Shown: one piece after another, positions 53,855 through 62,816 of the stretch
Layout: each line of letters starts with the position of its first letter
Position numbering within the stretch: the first letter of the stretch is position 1
From: Escherichia phage vB_EcoM_SCS4
Reading direction: 5' to 3' (one strand)
Length of the DNA stretch: 64,000 nt
Sequence record: ON506924
Position numbers and translations under genes: made by a program
Notes under the pieces: generated by a model
Database searches by the model: none
The model's input: the letters and a program-made list of their open reading frames with translations, nothing else
What the model was told of the DNA's origin: nothing

Positions 53855-54655
53855 ATGGCAGTAGTTGGTGTTCCTGGTTGGATTGGAAGTTCAGCCGCAA
53901 ATGAAACAGGACAAAGATGGATGAGTCAAGCGGCTGGACAATTAAGATTGGGTGTTCCTTGCTGGATGAGTCAATTTGCAGGTCGCTCGCGAGAAATTAT
54001 TCATACTGTAGGAGCAAACCACAATTTTAATGGTCAGTGGTTCCGTGATAGATGCTTTGAAGCTGGCGGTGCACCTATTGTATTCAATATTGTTGGTGAT
54101 ATCGTTTCTTATTCTAAAGATGTACCGCTTTTCTTTATGTATGGTGACACTCCTAACGAATACGTTGTCCTTAATATTCATGGTGGTGTCCATATGTGGG
54201 GTCGAGGTGGTAATGGTGGATACACTCACTCAGGTGGAGATGGTAACGGTACACAAGGCGGTCATGTTATTCAAAATGATATCGGTGGACGGCTTCGTAT
54301 TTGGAACTACGGTGTTATAGCTGCTGGCGGTGGTGGCGGTGGTGGTATTGCATATCGTCCACACTCAGGGGCAAACTGGCAAGATATCGGTGGCGGTGGC
54401 GGTCGACCTTTCGGTGGTGCTGGCGGTGGCGGTTATTCCGGTGGTGCTGCTTCTTATGAAGGTCCGGGTGGTGGTTACAACTATGGTAACGCACACTCCG
54501 GCGCGGGTGGTAATGCTGGCGCTGCTGGTCAGAATGCATGGTCTGATGGCGGTAAAGTTCTTAAAGTTGGTGTTGGTGGTGCTTCTGGTCATGCCGTGTT
54601 TGGATCAGCTCCAACATGGCAGAATGTTGGAGCAATATATGGTTCAAGAGTATAA
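53855..54655 (+). CDS. 38: gp38 receptor-recognising adhesin, T2-type, with glycine-rich motifs
   Basis: 266-aa ORF with poly-Gly islands ([31 protein letters not shown]) separated by variable segments and a conserved C-terminus; unlike the short Gly-poor T4 gp38 chaperone. Confidence 0.88.
   Translation: MAVVGVPGWIGSSAANETGQRWMSQAAGQLRLGVPCWMSQFAGRSREIIHTVGANHNFNGQWFRDRCFEAGGAPIVFNIVGDIVSYSKDVPLFFMYGDTPNEYVVLNIHGGVHMWGRGGNGGYTHSGGDGNGTQGGHVIQNDIGGRLRIWNYGVIAAGGGGGGGIAYRPHSGANWQDIGGGGGRPFGGAGGGGYSGGAASYEGPGGGYNYGNAHSGAGGNAGAAGQNAWSDGGKVLKVGVGGASGHAVFGSAPTWQNVGAIYGSRV
54197..54604 (+). repeat. Glycine-rich motif repeats and intervening variable segments within gene 38
   Basis: Runs of GGN codons (ggtggtggcggtggtgg) recurring about 5 times. 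Confidence 0.55.
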
Positions 54656-54685
54656 TTTGAATAAATATCCTTAAAAGGAGGGTCT

Positions 54686-55342
54686 ATGGCAGCACCTAGA
54701 ATATCATTTTCGCCCTCTGATATTCTGTTGGGTGTTCTAGATCGCTTGTTCAAAGATAACGCTACCGGGAAAGTTCTTGCTTCCCGAGTAGCTGTCGTAA
54801 TTCTTTTATTTATGATGGCGATTGTTTGGTATAGGGGAGATAGTTTCTTTGAGTACTATAAGCAATCAAAGTATGAAACATACCGTGAAATTATTGAAAA
54901 GGAAAGAAATGCACGCTTTGAATCTGTCGCCCTGGAACAACTCCAGATAGTTCATATATCATCTGAGGCAGACTTTAGTGCGGTGTATTCTTTCCGCCCT
55001 AAAAACTTAAACTATTTTGTTGATATTATAGCATATGAAGGAAAATTACCTTCAACAATAAGTGAAAAATCACTTGGAGGATATCCTGTTGATAAAACTA
55101 TGGATGAATATACAGTTCATTTAAATGGACGTCATTATTATTCCAACTCAAAATTTGCTTTTTTACCAACTAAAAAGCCTACTCCCGAGATAAACTACAT
55201 GTACAGTTGTCCATATTTTAATTTGGATAATATCTATGCTGGAACGATAACCATGTACTGGTATAGAAATGATCATATAAGTAATGACCGCCTTGAATCA
55301 ATATGTGCTCAGGCGGCCAGAATATTAGGAAGGGCTAAATAA
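54686..55342 (+). CDS. t: Holin T
   Basis: 218-aa ORF with a single N-terminal TM (VAVVILLFMMAIVWY) and large periplasmic domain; directly after gene 38. Confidence 0.9.
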   Translation: MAAPRISFSPSDILLGVLDRLFKDNATGKVLASRVAVVILLFMMAIVWYRGDSFFEYYKQSKYETYREIIEKERNARFESVALEQLQIVHISSEADFSAVYSFRPKNLNYFVDIIAYEGKLPSTISEKSLGGYPVDKTMDEYTVHLNGRHYYSNSKFAFLPTKKPTPEINYMYSCPYFNLDNIYAGTITMYWYRNDHISNDRLESICAQAARILGRAK

Positions 55343-55615
55343 TTATTTGTTCGTATACATCTCTAGATATCGATATACACCCTCAAAACCCTCGTTGAAT
55401 TCGTCGATGAGGGTTTTCTTATCTTCTTGAGTTAATTCAGAAACAATTTTACGGAATGAATTCTGATTTAATTTTCTACCTTCATGCGTTACTCCAATCT
55501 CATTTAGAAATGCAATAAAATTAGCACGATTCTCAACAATATCTTCTCTGGAAAATTTAATCAAAATAGACGCAACAGTAATAATTTCACGAACTGTATC
55601 AATGTTTTTATTCAT
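55343..55615 (-). CDS. asiA: Anti-sigma-70 factor AsiA
   Basis: 90-aa ORF, T4 AsiA length and sequence. Confidence 0.9.
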   Translation of the reverse strand: MNKNIDTVREIITVASILIKFSREDIVENRANFIAFLNEIGVTHEGRKLNQNSFRKIVSELTQEDKKTLIDEFNEGFEGVYRYLEMYTNK

Positions 55616-55627
55616 TAACTATACCAC

Positions 55628-55780
55628 TCAATTAGTTGACTTTGTTATAATATCATCAGACGCTTGATTTGTAAACTGGTCTGTGTTATTTTCTTCAAAA
55701 ATTTTTTCTACGAATTCCTTGAACGACTCGCGTTCCTGAGCTGCATTATGCTCGATTACCTTTTCAAGATTATGACTCAT
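55628..55780 (-). CDS. Small acidic ORF between arn and asiA (50 aa)
   Basis: ATG overlaps the arn stop (ATGA); manual translation MSHNLEKVIEHNAAQERESFKEFVEKIFEENNTDQFTNQASDDIITKSTN; overlaps the asiA promoter. Confidence 0.4.
   Translation of the reverse strand: MSHNLEKVIEHNAAQERESFKEFVEKIFEENNTDQFTNQASDDIITKSTN
55647..55676 (-). promoter_or_regulatory. T4-type early promoter for asiA (GTTTACA, TATTAT)
   Basis: - strand GTTTACA, 17-nt spacer, TATTAT, about 30 nt upstream of the asiA start. Confidence 0.45.
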
Positions 55781-56055
55781 TCGAAATAATCTTCAATTTC
55801 ATAATCATGGACATAAATCATTATAGTTTTTAATACATCATCAATACTTTTTCCTGGAGCTGGAATTACATAAAAATATCCTGCTTTTGAGAGGTCTTTA
55901 TAAGTTCCAATCAAGAAATCATTATTCTCAAGATGTAGTTCTTCAACTAATTCATTAACAATTGAATGGTATAGGTTTGGTAGAAACTTATATAGCTTTT
56001 CTAGAATATCAATTTTGATTGTGTATTGAACCACAGACTGAGAATCAATAATCAT
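55777..56055 (-). CDS. arn: Arn, anti-restriction nuclease protein (candidate McrBC inhibitor)
   Basis: 92-aa acidic ORF at the T4 arn position between motA and asiA. Confidence 0.75.
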   Translation of the reverse strand: MIIDSQSVVQYTIKIDILEKLYKFLPNLYHSIVNELVEELHLENNDFLIGTYKDLSKAGYFYVIPAPGKSIDDVLKTIMIYVHDYEIEDYFE

Positions 56056-56138
56056 AGACCTTCCCCTTATGTTTCTGTTTGCGATTAGATTCTTTAAACG
56101 CTTTCTTCTTATCTTTATGGACAGAAGCTTTATTAAAA

Positions 56139-56357
56139 TTATGCTTTGCGACTAAATTGTTCATAGTGCTGAATTACCTCTCTTAAACATTTGCATGTGA
56201 ATGAAAACTTTTTAGCTACACCACATTCAAATATATGTTCTCTTAAATCACGTGTATCGGTATATCCCATCTCAACAATAAAATGCCGTATTAAATTTTT
56301 ANCTTNNTCATTGAGAGAATTAAAATAATCGGATTTTGAATTAATTTCCCTGGCCAA
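56139..56357 (-). CDS. Hypothetical protein (arn.x); contains ambiguous codons
   Basis: 72-aa ORF. Confidence 0.5.
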   Translation of the reverse strand: MAREINSKSDYFNSLNXXXKNLIRHFIVEMGYTDTRDLREHIFECGVAKKFSFTCKCLREVIQHYEQFSRKA

Positions 56358-56637
56358 ATTGAATCACCTTCAGTTGACGTTTTAACTCTTTTATCATTTC
56401 TTCGTTCATCGCAATATAAAGATCGCGTAAAGCGGGTTTTAACATTCCATTTACTGGAGAACTAAATGGACATACATAATCTTTTCCTACAAGCTTTTTA
56501 GTGAATTCCATATCACAGAACTGAAATGCCGGTTCATTGGCATAAATTCCCCAATTAGTTGACATCATTTTATTAGCATATTCCAATGCCTTAATTTGAT
56601 TCGTAATTCCATCAATTTGAAACTCTTTGATATTCAT
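56341..56637 (-). CDS. Hypothetical protein (arn.x)
   Basis: 98-aa ORF. Confidence 0.55.
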   Translation of the reverse strand: MNIKEFQIDGITNQIKALEYANKMMSTNWGIYANEPAFQFCDMEFTKKLVGKDYVCPFSSPVNGMLKPALRDLYIAMNEEMIKELKRQLKVIQFGQGN

Positions 56638-57098
56638 TAGTAAAGGTCCTCAGAGTAAAGTTCTTTTTCACTACCACCACGTTCAATACGTACTTGCCCA
56701 GCATAAGTTGCAATAATCATTGCTTCTTCACGTGTCCAATAATTACTATATTGGTCAATAAACCCTTGGTCATCATCACAAACTTGCTGAGTAACTAATT
56801 GAGGTTTAACTACATCTAAAACTTCTGCCATATCTTTAGAATAATGACGAGCACCTGGAATAATAAGAGTTCGTCCATCTTTTAATTTAAAACGATTAGC
56901 TGCACAGACAATTCGTCGTTGATACTTTTGGTTTTCATCCCAATATGCAGTCTGCCAACAGATTTCAGGAACTTCTTTCAGAATATCTTCTTCTGTGCAT
57001 TTATAACCATGCGCTTTAAATTTTTCAACAAGACTTTCTGGAGTTTCACGAGATAAAGGAACATTCAGCATTTTTAAACGATTAATAAATGGGTTCAT
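56637..57098 (-). CDS. Hypothetical protein (arn.x)
   Basis: 153-aa ORF. Confidence 0.55.
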   Translation of the reverse strand: MNPFINRLKMLNVPLSRETPESLVEKFKAHGYKCTEEDILKEVPEICWQTAYWDENQKYQRRIVCAANRFKLKDGRTLIIPGARHYSKDMAEVLDVVKPQLVTQQVCDDDQGFIDQYSNYWTREEAMIIATYAGQVRIERGGSEKELYSEDLY

Positions 57099-57424
57099 TT
57101 AAACCATCCTTTAATACGCTGCCACAAAGTTTTCTGCTGAGCTTTGTTAACACCAATTGAACGAATAACCGGTTGAGATTCCTGGAATTCTTTATAATCG
57201 GCAAGGTAAATTTCGTAAGCTGCATCTGTAAATGAACTTATTGCTGCCATAAAATTATTGCGAATACCTATTGGAGCATCTTTACTTTCACGAATAATCA
57301 TGTATTTACCAGTCTTAATCTTTACTATAGTTCCAAGATAAGCTCCATGATACCAGATGTCCCAACCCTCTTGAGTAGGTTCTGCGCAACGACGAAGTTC
57401 ATTAACAATTTCTAACTTGTTCAT
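57095..57424 (-). CDS. Hypothetical protein (arn.x)
   Basis: 109-aa ORF. Confidence 0.55.
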   Translation of the reverse strand: MNKLEIVNELRRCAEPTQEGWDIWYHGAYLGTIVKIKTGKYMIIRESKDAPIGIRNNFMAAISSFTDAAYEIYLADYKEFQESQPVIRSIGVNKAQQKTLWQRIKGWFK

Positions 57425-57434
57425 TATTTATTCC

Positions 57435-58070
57435 TCACAGTTCAGATGCTACAGTGATTACAGCTTCAATGTTTTCTTCCGAGCGTTTAATGTCAAGATA
57501 CACATTACCGTTTTTAGCGATTTTACATGACATTCCGATATCAGTAAATTTCTGAATATGATGTTCCATCATTTTGTATCCAAAAATTCGCATATTTCCA
57601 TTGTTGTTAATTTCAAAATTGCGAATTCCATGAGTACGTTTTTCTAAAATGGCAAGATAATTACTACGATAAGTTTCAACCTTTTTAAGAACAAATCCAT
57701 TTTCATCTAGCAGTTTTAACATGAGGTCTTTATCTTCTTCCATATCAGAAGTAATCTCACGAGCTTTACGAGTAGCACGTTTTTTCAGCAGTTCCGGAGC
57801 ATTTTCCTGTGCATATAAAGTTGCTGCATTTGAAATAATATCCTGAGCTTCACCAGTAATGATTAATCCATCACCAGATTTCTCCACCAGGCCTTTTTTA
57901 ATCAATACCCCAATATTACTATTAACTACTGCGTTACCTAAATCTGGATGCACCTCACGAACTTCTGCAGCTGTAATGAAATCTTTCTTAGCAATAGTAA
58001 TTAAAATCGCAGCAGTTTTTTCATTCAGAACATCGTTAGAAGCTTTGATGATGTAAGTTACTTTAGACAT
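57435..58070 (-). CDS. motA: MotA, activator of middle transcription
   Basis: 211-aa ORF, T4 MotA length and sequence. Confidence 0.92.
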   Translation of the reverse strand: MSKVTYIIKASNDVLNEKTAAILITIAKKDFITAAEVREVHPDLGNAVVNSNIGVLIKKGLVEKSGDGLIITGEAQDIISNAATLYAQENAPELLKKRATRKAREITSDMEEDKDLMLKLLDENGFVLKKVETYRSNYLAILEKRTHGIRNFEINNNGNMRIFGYKMMEHHIQKFTDIGMSCKIAKNGNVYLDIKRSEENIEAVITVASEL

Positions 58071-58111
58071 TTTCTAATCTCCGTAATTCTGTATCAGTAG
58101 TTGATAGTTGT

Positions 58112-58141
58112 ATAGTACCACAGTATGCTTTGGTTGTAAAC
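58112..58141 (-). promoter_or_regulatory. T4-type early promoter for motA (GTTTACA, TACTAT)
   Basis: - strand GTTTACA, 17-nt spacer, TACTAT, about 45 nt upstream of the motA start. Confidence 0.45.
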
Positions 58142-58197
58142 CGTTTTGTGAAAAAAATTTTAAAATAAAAAAGGGNGNGCCAAGGCTCTCCCTAAAA

Positions 58198-58347
58198 TTA
58201 CTGCATGACTGTGATAACTGTCATGATAACACGTTGAATTCCGAACGCAAGAAGACCTCCTGCTACGGCTGGAACAACGCCTAAACCCGCCAGTAAAATG
58301 CTACCAGATACTAATGCCGCGCTTGTAATACCTATGAATGGACTCAT
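58198..58347 (-). CDS. Small hydrophobic membrane peptide (49 aa) between gene 52 and motA
   Basis: Manual translation MSPFIGITSAALVSGSILLAGLGVVPAVAGGLLAFGIQRVIMTVITVMQ; ATG overlaps the gp52 stop. Confidence 0.45.
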   Translation of the reverse strand: MSPFIGITSAALVSGSILLAGLGVVPAVAGGLLAFGIQRVIMTVITVMQ

Positions 58348-59672
58348 TTGATTTCCTCTAAATCTTTGGTGTATTCTGTAACTACATCAGTAGTTTTCCA
58401 ATATTCGTTTTCTTCTTTCTTAGCTTTAGCTTCTTCAGCAAGTTTCTTTGCTTCATCGGAAGTCATATGAAAAATATTCATTCCGACTAGTTTATCAACA
58501 TAAGAAGAATACATATCAATTTTAGAAAGTTCTTCGGTCAGTTCTTTACGAGTTTTACCTTGAACAACAATTTCACCTGAAATTACTTTCTTAATGAAAT
58601 GTGCCTTGGCAAAGGCTAAACGAAAAGCTGACTCAGTTTCTTTGATTTTGTTATCAATTCGTTTTTGGACATAAGTTTTACGAACTTCAACAAAGTCTTT
58701 AATTAAATCGACTACGTTATCGTAAACTTGTAGCTTTCCTTTCTCATTAATAACGGTAATATTTTGGGAACGACGCTCAATCAACCCAAAGTCTTTCATA
58801 ATTTTTGCATGGCGTTCTTCTTCATTATCGCTCAAAGAATATTCTTTACGGAATTTAACTTTAAAGCCAAAACCATGCTCACCACAAGCATCATCCCATG
58901 TAATGAAGCCTTTATCTTCAAGTGGGTCTAAGATTTTACTCACATAAGTTTCACGATCATACTTATACGGAATCTCAGTGATGTGCATTTGAGTTCGTGA
59001 AGTAAACTTATATGTTCCACGAATTTCATATTGTCCATCAATTTCAACGACTTCACCACGAAATTCTGGGAATTCTACCTTCGGTTTAGTTACTTTCTTT
59101 CCTTGAAGAGCTTGTAGTACAGCTTTCTTGACAGAAGAAACACTATGAGGAAGAATGTAAGTTGCATAACCAGTTGCAATACCGGAAACGCCATTAAGAA
59201 GAACAGTAGGAATAATAGGCAAATAGAAAGCAGGCGGAATGTGTTCTTTATCTTGATGTACCGGAGCATACTCAGTATCTTTATATACGTTATAGAAATT
59301 TTTACTTACACGAGCAAAAATATAACGACTTGCTGCTGCCTTTTGGACAGTACGAGAACCAAAGTTTCCTTGACCATCTAATAGAGGAAAGTTATTATTC
59401 CAAGTATTAGCCATCAAAGCGCCCGCATCTTGTGCAGAGTTTTCGCCATGATGATATCCAAGGTCCGCTACACCACCTGCAATAGAAGCGAGTTTGTGAA
59501 ACTTATCTTTATTTCCTCGCGCCAAATCAAGAGCTCGAGCAATAACAAATCGTTGAACTGGCTTAAATCCATCAATCATATTTGGAATAGCACGATTTTC
59601 AACCGTGTACATAGCATAAGCCAATGCTTCATTATCAATGATACTTTTTAAATCGCGATTATTCAGTTGCAT
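58344..59672 (-). CDS. 52: DNA topoisomerase II medium subunit gp52 (GyrA-like)
   Basis: 442-aa ORF with GyrA N-terminal DNA breakage-reunion motifs (RAIPNMIDGFKPVQRFV). Confidence 0.93.
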   Translation of the reverse strand: MQLNNRDLKSIIDNEALAYAMYTVENRAIPNMIDGFKPVQRFVIARALDLARGNKDKFHKLASIAGGVADLGYHHGENSAQDAGALMANTWNNNFPLLDGQGNFGSRTVQKAAASRYIFARVSKNFYNVYKDTEYAPVHQDKEHIPPAFYLPIIPTVLLNGVSGIATGYATYILPHSVSSVKKAVLQALQGKKVTKPKVEFPEFRGEVVEIDGQYEIRGTYKFTSRTQMHITEIPYKYDRETYVSKILDPLEDKGFITWDDACGEHGFGFKVKFRKEYSLSDNEEERHAKIMKDFGLIERRSQNITVINEKGKLQVYDNVVDLIKDFVEVRKTYVQKRIDNKIKETESAFRLAFAKAHFIKKVISGEIVVQGKTRKELTEELSKIDMYSSYVDKLVGMNIFHMTSDEAKKLAEEAKAKKEENEYWKTTDVVTEYTKDLEEIK

Positions 59673-59676
59673 AAAT

Positions 59677-59817
59677 TTACCATACTAGTGAATGTAGTGC
59701 CATAATAACATCAGAAATGAAAAGCACGACTTGAATTAATCCGAACATTATTCCGTAATATAATGCTATCAATAAAATAGCAAGGGCTAATGAATAGCCC
59801 AAGATTTTCTTAATCAT
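59677..59817 (-). CDS. Small hydrophobic peptide (46 aa)
   Basis: Manual translation MIKKILGYSLALAILLIALYYGIMFGLIQVVLFISDVIMALHSLVW; start overlaps the upstream stop. Confidence 0.4.
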   Translation of the reverse strand: MIKKILGYSLALAILLIALYYGIMFGLIQVVLFISDVIMALHSLVW

Positions 59818-59968
59818 TAGTAGATAACAACACAAATGTTAAATATGCACACATACCCTGGGCTAAAGCTTGCGAAAACACACTGCTAGCATCAATACAA
59901 ATAGTTAAAACACATGCTACTATCCAACAAATAAATGAAATAACTCCTAATAATTTTGCGATATTCAT
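59810..59968 (-). CDS. ac: ac-like small membrane protein (52 aa)
   Basis: Start at the internal ATG preceded by GAGGAGAA RBS; hydrophobic with a conserved FCW...ASSVF.QA.AQG pattern. Confidence 0.55.
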   Translation of the reverse strand: MNIAKLLGVISFICWIVACVLTICIDASSVFSQALAQGMCAYLTFVLLSTND

Positions 59969-59978
59969 AATATTCTCC

Positions 59979-60134
59979 TCAACTATTTTTAGAACCAATG
60001 TACGCGAATAATGATAAAATCGCTAATACGCCCTGAGCTGATGCTTGCAAAAATACTGAAGTTTCTCCAGTTATTACTGTTCCGATGCATAAAAAGAACC
60101 AACAGAAAAAGGCTATACCGTGAACAAATTTCAT
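59979..60134 (-). CDS. Second ac-like small membrane protein (51 aa), tandem paralogue
   Basis: Manual translation MKFVHGIAFFCWFFLCIGTVITGETSVFLQASAQGVLAILSLFAYIGSKNS aligns with the adjacent ac-like ORF. Confidence 0.5.
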   Translation of the reverse strand: MKFVHGIAFFCWFFLCIGTVITGETSVFLQASAQGVLAILSLFAYIGSKNS

Positions 60135-60141
60135 NTTTTCC

Positions 60142-60222
60142 TCACTNGTGTCCGAAGNCGCCNTTGNTTTTAANNTTNTTACGATANAANTNNNTCANNN
60201 NNTNNTTGTGGAANTTACTCAT
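60142..60222 (-). CDS. stp: Stp peptide (26 aa), activator of the host anticodon nuclease system
   Basis: Translation MSNFHN...FYRNNLKTKGVFGHQ; ATG overlaps the ndd stop; lies in an N-dense stretch so several residues are undetermined. Confidence 0.65.
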   Translation of the reverse strand: MSXFHXXXXXXXYRXXXKXXGXFGHX

Positions 60223-60680
60223 TAATATGCCTGCAAAACAAATTTAAAGTTATCAGCCAACATACGGTTCATTTCTTCAAGTGTTTGATACTCAGAATGA
60301 TGATTACGAGTAAACGCTAAAGCTAACTGTCCTTTTCCAAATCCCGTCGTCAGAGGTTTCATCTTAGAAGCAGGCAGATAAAATACTGTGTATGGAACAT
60401 TGTTATTTGCAATAGTACGTGCAAGTTGAGACCGACGCTGGCGAATATGACTTAGAACCGCACTGAATCCTTGCTTAGAACGCTGATTACCTACATAAAA
60501 TCGTGCAGACACACATGGATTACTAAATGGACGACCATCTAATTTACTTACTAAAAAGTAAAATCCAGGTTTAGATAAAATATCTTTATGCGGAGTTCCT
60601 AAAAACCACTCACCGCCCTTGATTGTACCAATAACAGTAGCGCCTGCATTGTTCAGATCAGTAACAGTCATGTATTTCAT
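60222..60680 (-). CDS. ndd: Ndd nucleoid disruption protein
   Basis: 152-aa ORF beginning [28 protein letters not shown] as T4 Ndd. Confidence 0.88.
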   Translation of the reverse strand: MKYMTVTDLNNAGATVIGTIKGGEWFLGTPHKDILSKPGFYFLVSKLDGRPFSNPCVSARFYVGNQRSKQGFSAVLSHIRQRRSQLARTIANNNVPYTVFYLPASKMKPLTTGFGKGQLALAFTRNHHSEYQTLEEMNRMLADNFKFVLQAY

Positions 60681-60740
60681 ATTAATTTCCTCNAAATTAT
60701 TTTCTACTCCAAGGCCGCATGAATACGCACGGCCATNNAA

Positions 60741-60956
60741 TTAATCGTCGCAGTCGACGCTCAATTCCCAAAACTCTTCTACAGTATAAGTTTCAGTATA
60801 ATTTTCAATACAGAAACGTTCATTACTGTTATTTGCTAAAGTAGCATTAACTGTCGGTTTCTCGCTAGTGCTCTTAAGAGGTGAAATACGAATTAACTGA
60901 TCACCGTTATCTAAACAGAAAATTTCACCAACTTTTACATCTTTAAAACTTTTCAT
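60741..60956 (-). CDS. Hypothetical acidic protein (ndd.x)
   Basis: 71-aa ORF. Confidence 0.5.
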   Translation of the reverse strand: MKSFKDVKVGEIFCLDNGDQLIRISPLKSTSEKPTVNATLANNSNERFCIENYTETYTVEEFWELSVDCDD

Positions 60957-61071
60957 AATTCACCTCAAGGAGTATAAAATCCAAATGCAGTTGTTGACCA
61001 TCCCATCCAATACGGGAAATTTGCGCCAATGTAAAACATGAGAATATAAAACCAACCGCTCAGCAAATTCA

Positions 61072-61290
61072 TCATTTTACACCATTCCAAATTGTTTCAA
61101 CTACGGATTTTAAACCATTTTGATGAATATCCATTCCGACTACCGCCATCAAATAGATTCCAACTACAACTGAACCTAAGGCAAAAATCAGCATGAAAAT
61201 GAATAAAGCCGGAAAAATATTATCGAAAAACCATTCAATAAATGTAAAAGCACTACGTTTACGCTTCATATTTTCCTCACATAAATCCAA
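61072..61290 (-). CDS. Small membrane protein (ndd.x)
   Basis: 72-aa ORF with a central TM helix. Confidence 0.45.
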   Translation of the reverse strand: MDLCEENMKRKRSAFTFIEWFFDNIFPALFIFMLIFALGSVVVGIYLMAVVGMDIHQNGLKSVVETIWNGVK

Positions 61291-61390
61291 AGTAAACGTT
61301 TAATACATCAATCATTAAAACGATTGGGAATATACTCAAAACTATTAGTATTATAACTACATTCCATATAGCTTTAACAATCTTTTTCAT
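61277..61390 (-). CDS. Small membrane peptide (37 aa, ndd.x)
   Basis: Internal ATG at 61388-61390 downstream of an early promoter; MKKIVKAIWNVVIILIVLSIFPIVLMIDVLNVYFGFM. Confidence 0.4.
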   Translation of the reverse strand: MKKIVKAIWNVVIILIVLSIFPIVLMIDVLNVYFGFM

Positions 61391-61418
61391 TTTCTGTTCC
61401 TCCGTAGTTGATAGGGTA

Positions 61419-61448
61419 ATAATACCACGGAAGAACAGTCCTGTAAAC
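61419..61448 (-). promoter_or_regulatory. T4-type early promoter (GTTTACA, TATTAT)
   Basis: - strand GTTTACA, 17-nt spacer ending CCGTGG, TATTAT. Confidence 0.4.
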
Positions 61449-61633
61449 AACTTTTTTAAAAATATTCGTAATAAATGTGAATACCAACTACTACCGCTGA
61501 AACCTGTGCAACCCACCACGCACAAGCAATAAGTACAGAATTCATAATTTTCATAATAACCTCATTACAAAAGTAAATGTTAAACAAATTACTGGAATAC
61601 TAATTAACCAAACAAAACACCACCATAATGAAC

Positions 61634-61897
61634 TCATAGTTCAATCTCAGCGATTTTCATTTCATTACTATTAATAGCCTCTTTAAGACTATCTGAAAGA
61701 ATTACATTCCAGTGGTCATTCATATGACCATTAACTAAGCGTGTAATTTCTTCAGGAGTTGAAAAATAAGGCTGATCAGACTCCCAATGCGATAATCCTA
61801 AGCGAGTATAAATCATGCCTTCATCGTCGCTAGAATATTCAACTGACACAAACTCATCAGTTATTTTATGTTTAGCGTAATAAAATTTAAATTTCAT
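61634..61897 (-). CDS. Hypothetical protein (ndd.x)
   Basis: 87-aa ORF with upstream early promoter. Confidence 0.5.
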   Translation of the reverse strand: MKFKFYYAKHKITDEFVSVEYSSDDEGMIYTRLGLSHWESDQPYFSTPEEITRLVNGHMNDHWNVILSDSLKEAINSNEMKIAEIEL

Positions 61898-61930
61898 TTA
61901 TTCTCCAAATCCGTATCAGTCGATAGTTGT

Positions 61931-61960
61931 ATAATACCACGGTCCTTGTGGTATGTAAAC
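61931..61960 (-). promoter_or_regulatory. T4-type early promoter (GTTTACA, TATTAT)
   Basis: - strand GTTTACA, 17-nt spacer ending CCGTGG, TATTAT. Confidence 0.4.
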
Positions 61961-61976
61961 TAGTTTATGAAAATTT

Positions 61977-62534
61977 TTAGATGGAAAGATACCAGCCGTT
62001 GTAGTTGCTTTTTCTTACAACCTTACGAAGGTCTTCTCTATCACCGATGAACTTCGGAGTGTACTGGATGACACCTGGATGAATTTCTTTAGTGTTGAAT
62101 ATAATTATACAGTCAGCGACTTGGTGATTCAGAATGGGCCCTAGATTTATTCCAGAACCGTATGGATACTCTCCGCTGCATCCTGTTGTTACCGAAATCC
62201 AACGTGAGTCAGTTTGATGTGTCTTAACTTCTACACGAAGCCCACAGTATTTTGGATGTGCTAAAACATCCCATGCATACGTGTACGGATCATCGACATC
62301 TTCTTGACCTTTATTAACATACCCGCTTAGCCAATCTGCTACAAAAAACTCTGCGTATACAGCGATACGGCATCTTTCGATAACTTCTGCCTTATCCTGA
62401 TTTGGGTTCTGTTTTAAAGAGTATCTTGCAGTATCAGCAATTTTGACCTTCATTTCACTAGTCAAGTCACTGTTCGATAGGGTAAATGTCGGAATCTGAA
62501 ATAGTCTCTGTAAACCCGGATTCGTTTTCTGCAT
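61977..62534 (-). CDS. denB: Endonuclease IV (dC-specific ssDNA endonuclease) DenB-like
   Basis: 185-aa ORF at the T4 denB position between ndd and rIIB. Confidence 0.75.
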   Translation of the reverse strand: MQKTNPGLQRLFQIPTFTLSNSDLTSEMKVKIADTARYSLKQNPNQDKAEVIERCRIAVYAEFFVADWLSGYVNKGQEDVDDPYTYAWDVLAHPKYCGLRVEVKTHQTDSRWISVTTGCSGEYPYGSGINLGPILNHQVADCIIIFNTKEIHPGVIQYTPKFIGDREDLRKVVRKSNYNGWYLSI

Positions 62535-62796
62535 TTAGACTTTCCTTTTTACCACTGAGATAAGCGTTATACACTTTAAGAGTACCATAGTAAATTCGAT
62601 CATTTTCATCTAAAGAATTACGATCAAGTTCATCGAGATTCTTTTTGTCCATGACTATAACATCATTGCAGTAAAGAACTCCAAGTTTTTCATGCCCAAA
62701 CTCGAATTTATTGCAGTACACAATATTAGCGTAATGATTACCGTGTAGAGAAATTTCTTTTATGTCGGTGTCACCGATATTCATACAATAAATCAT
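62467..62796 (-). CDS. Hypothetical protein upstream of denB
   Basis: 109-aa ORF overlapping the denB 5' end by 68 nt in another frame; start uncertain. Confidence 0.45.
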   Translation of the reverse strand: MIYCMNIGDTDIKEISLHGNHYANIVYCNKFEFGHEKLGVLYCNDVIVMDKKNLDELDRNSLDENDRIYYGTLKVYNAYLSGKKESLNAENESGFTETISDSDIYPIEQ

Positions 62797-62816
62797 AATT
62801 TTTCCTTAAAACAAAA

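Noticed and set aside
54197-54604. Repetitive GGN-rich DNA that could be mistaken for a CRISPR-like or simple-sequence repeat array
   Set aside because: The repeats are in frame within gene 38 and encode the glycine-rich motifs of the adhesin; there are no regular spacer-repeat units
60011-60247. 78-aa + strand ORF in the N-dense region
   Set aside because: The translation is mostly X and it is antisense to the stp and ac-like genes, which fit the T4 gene order
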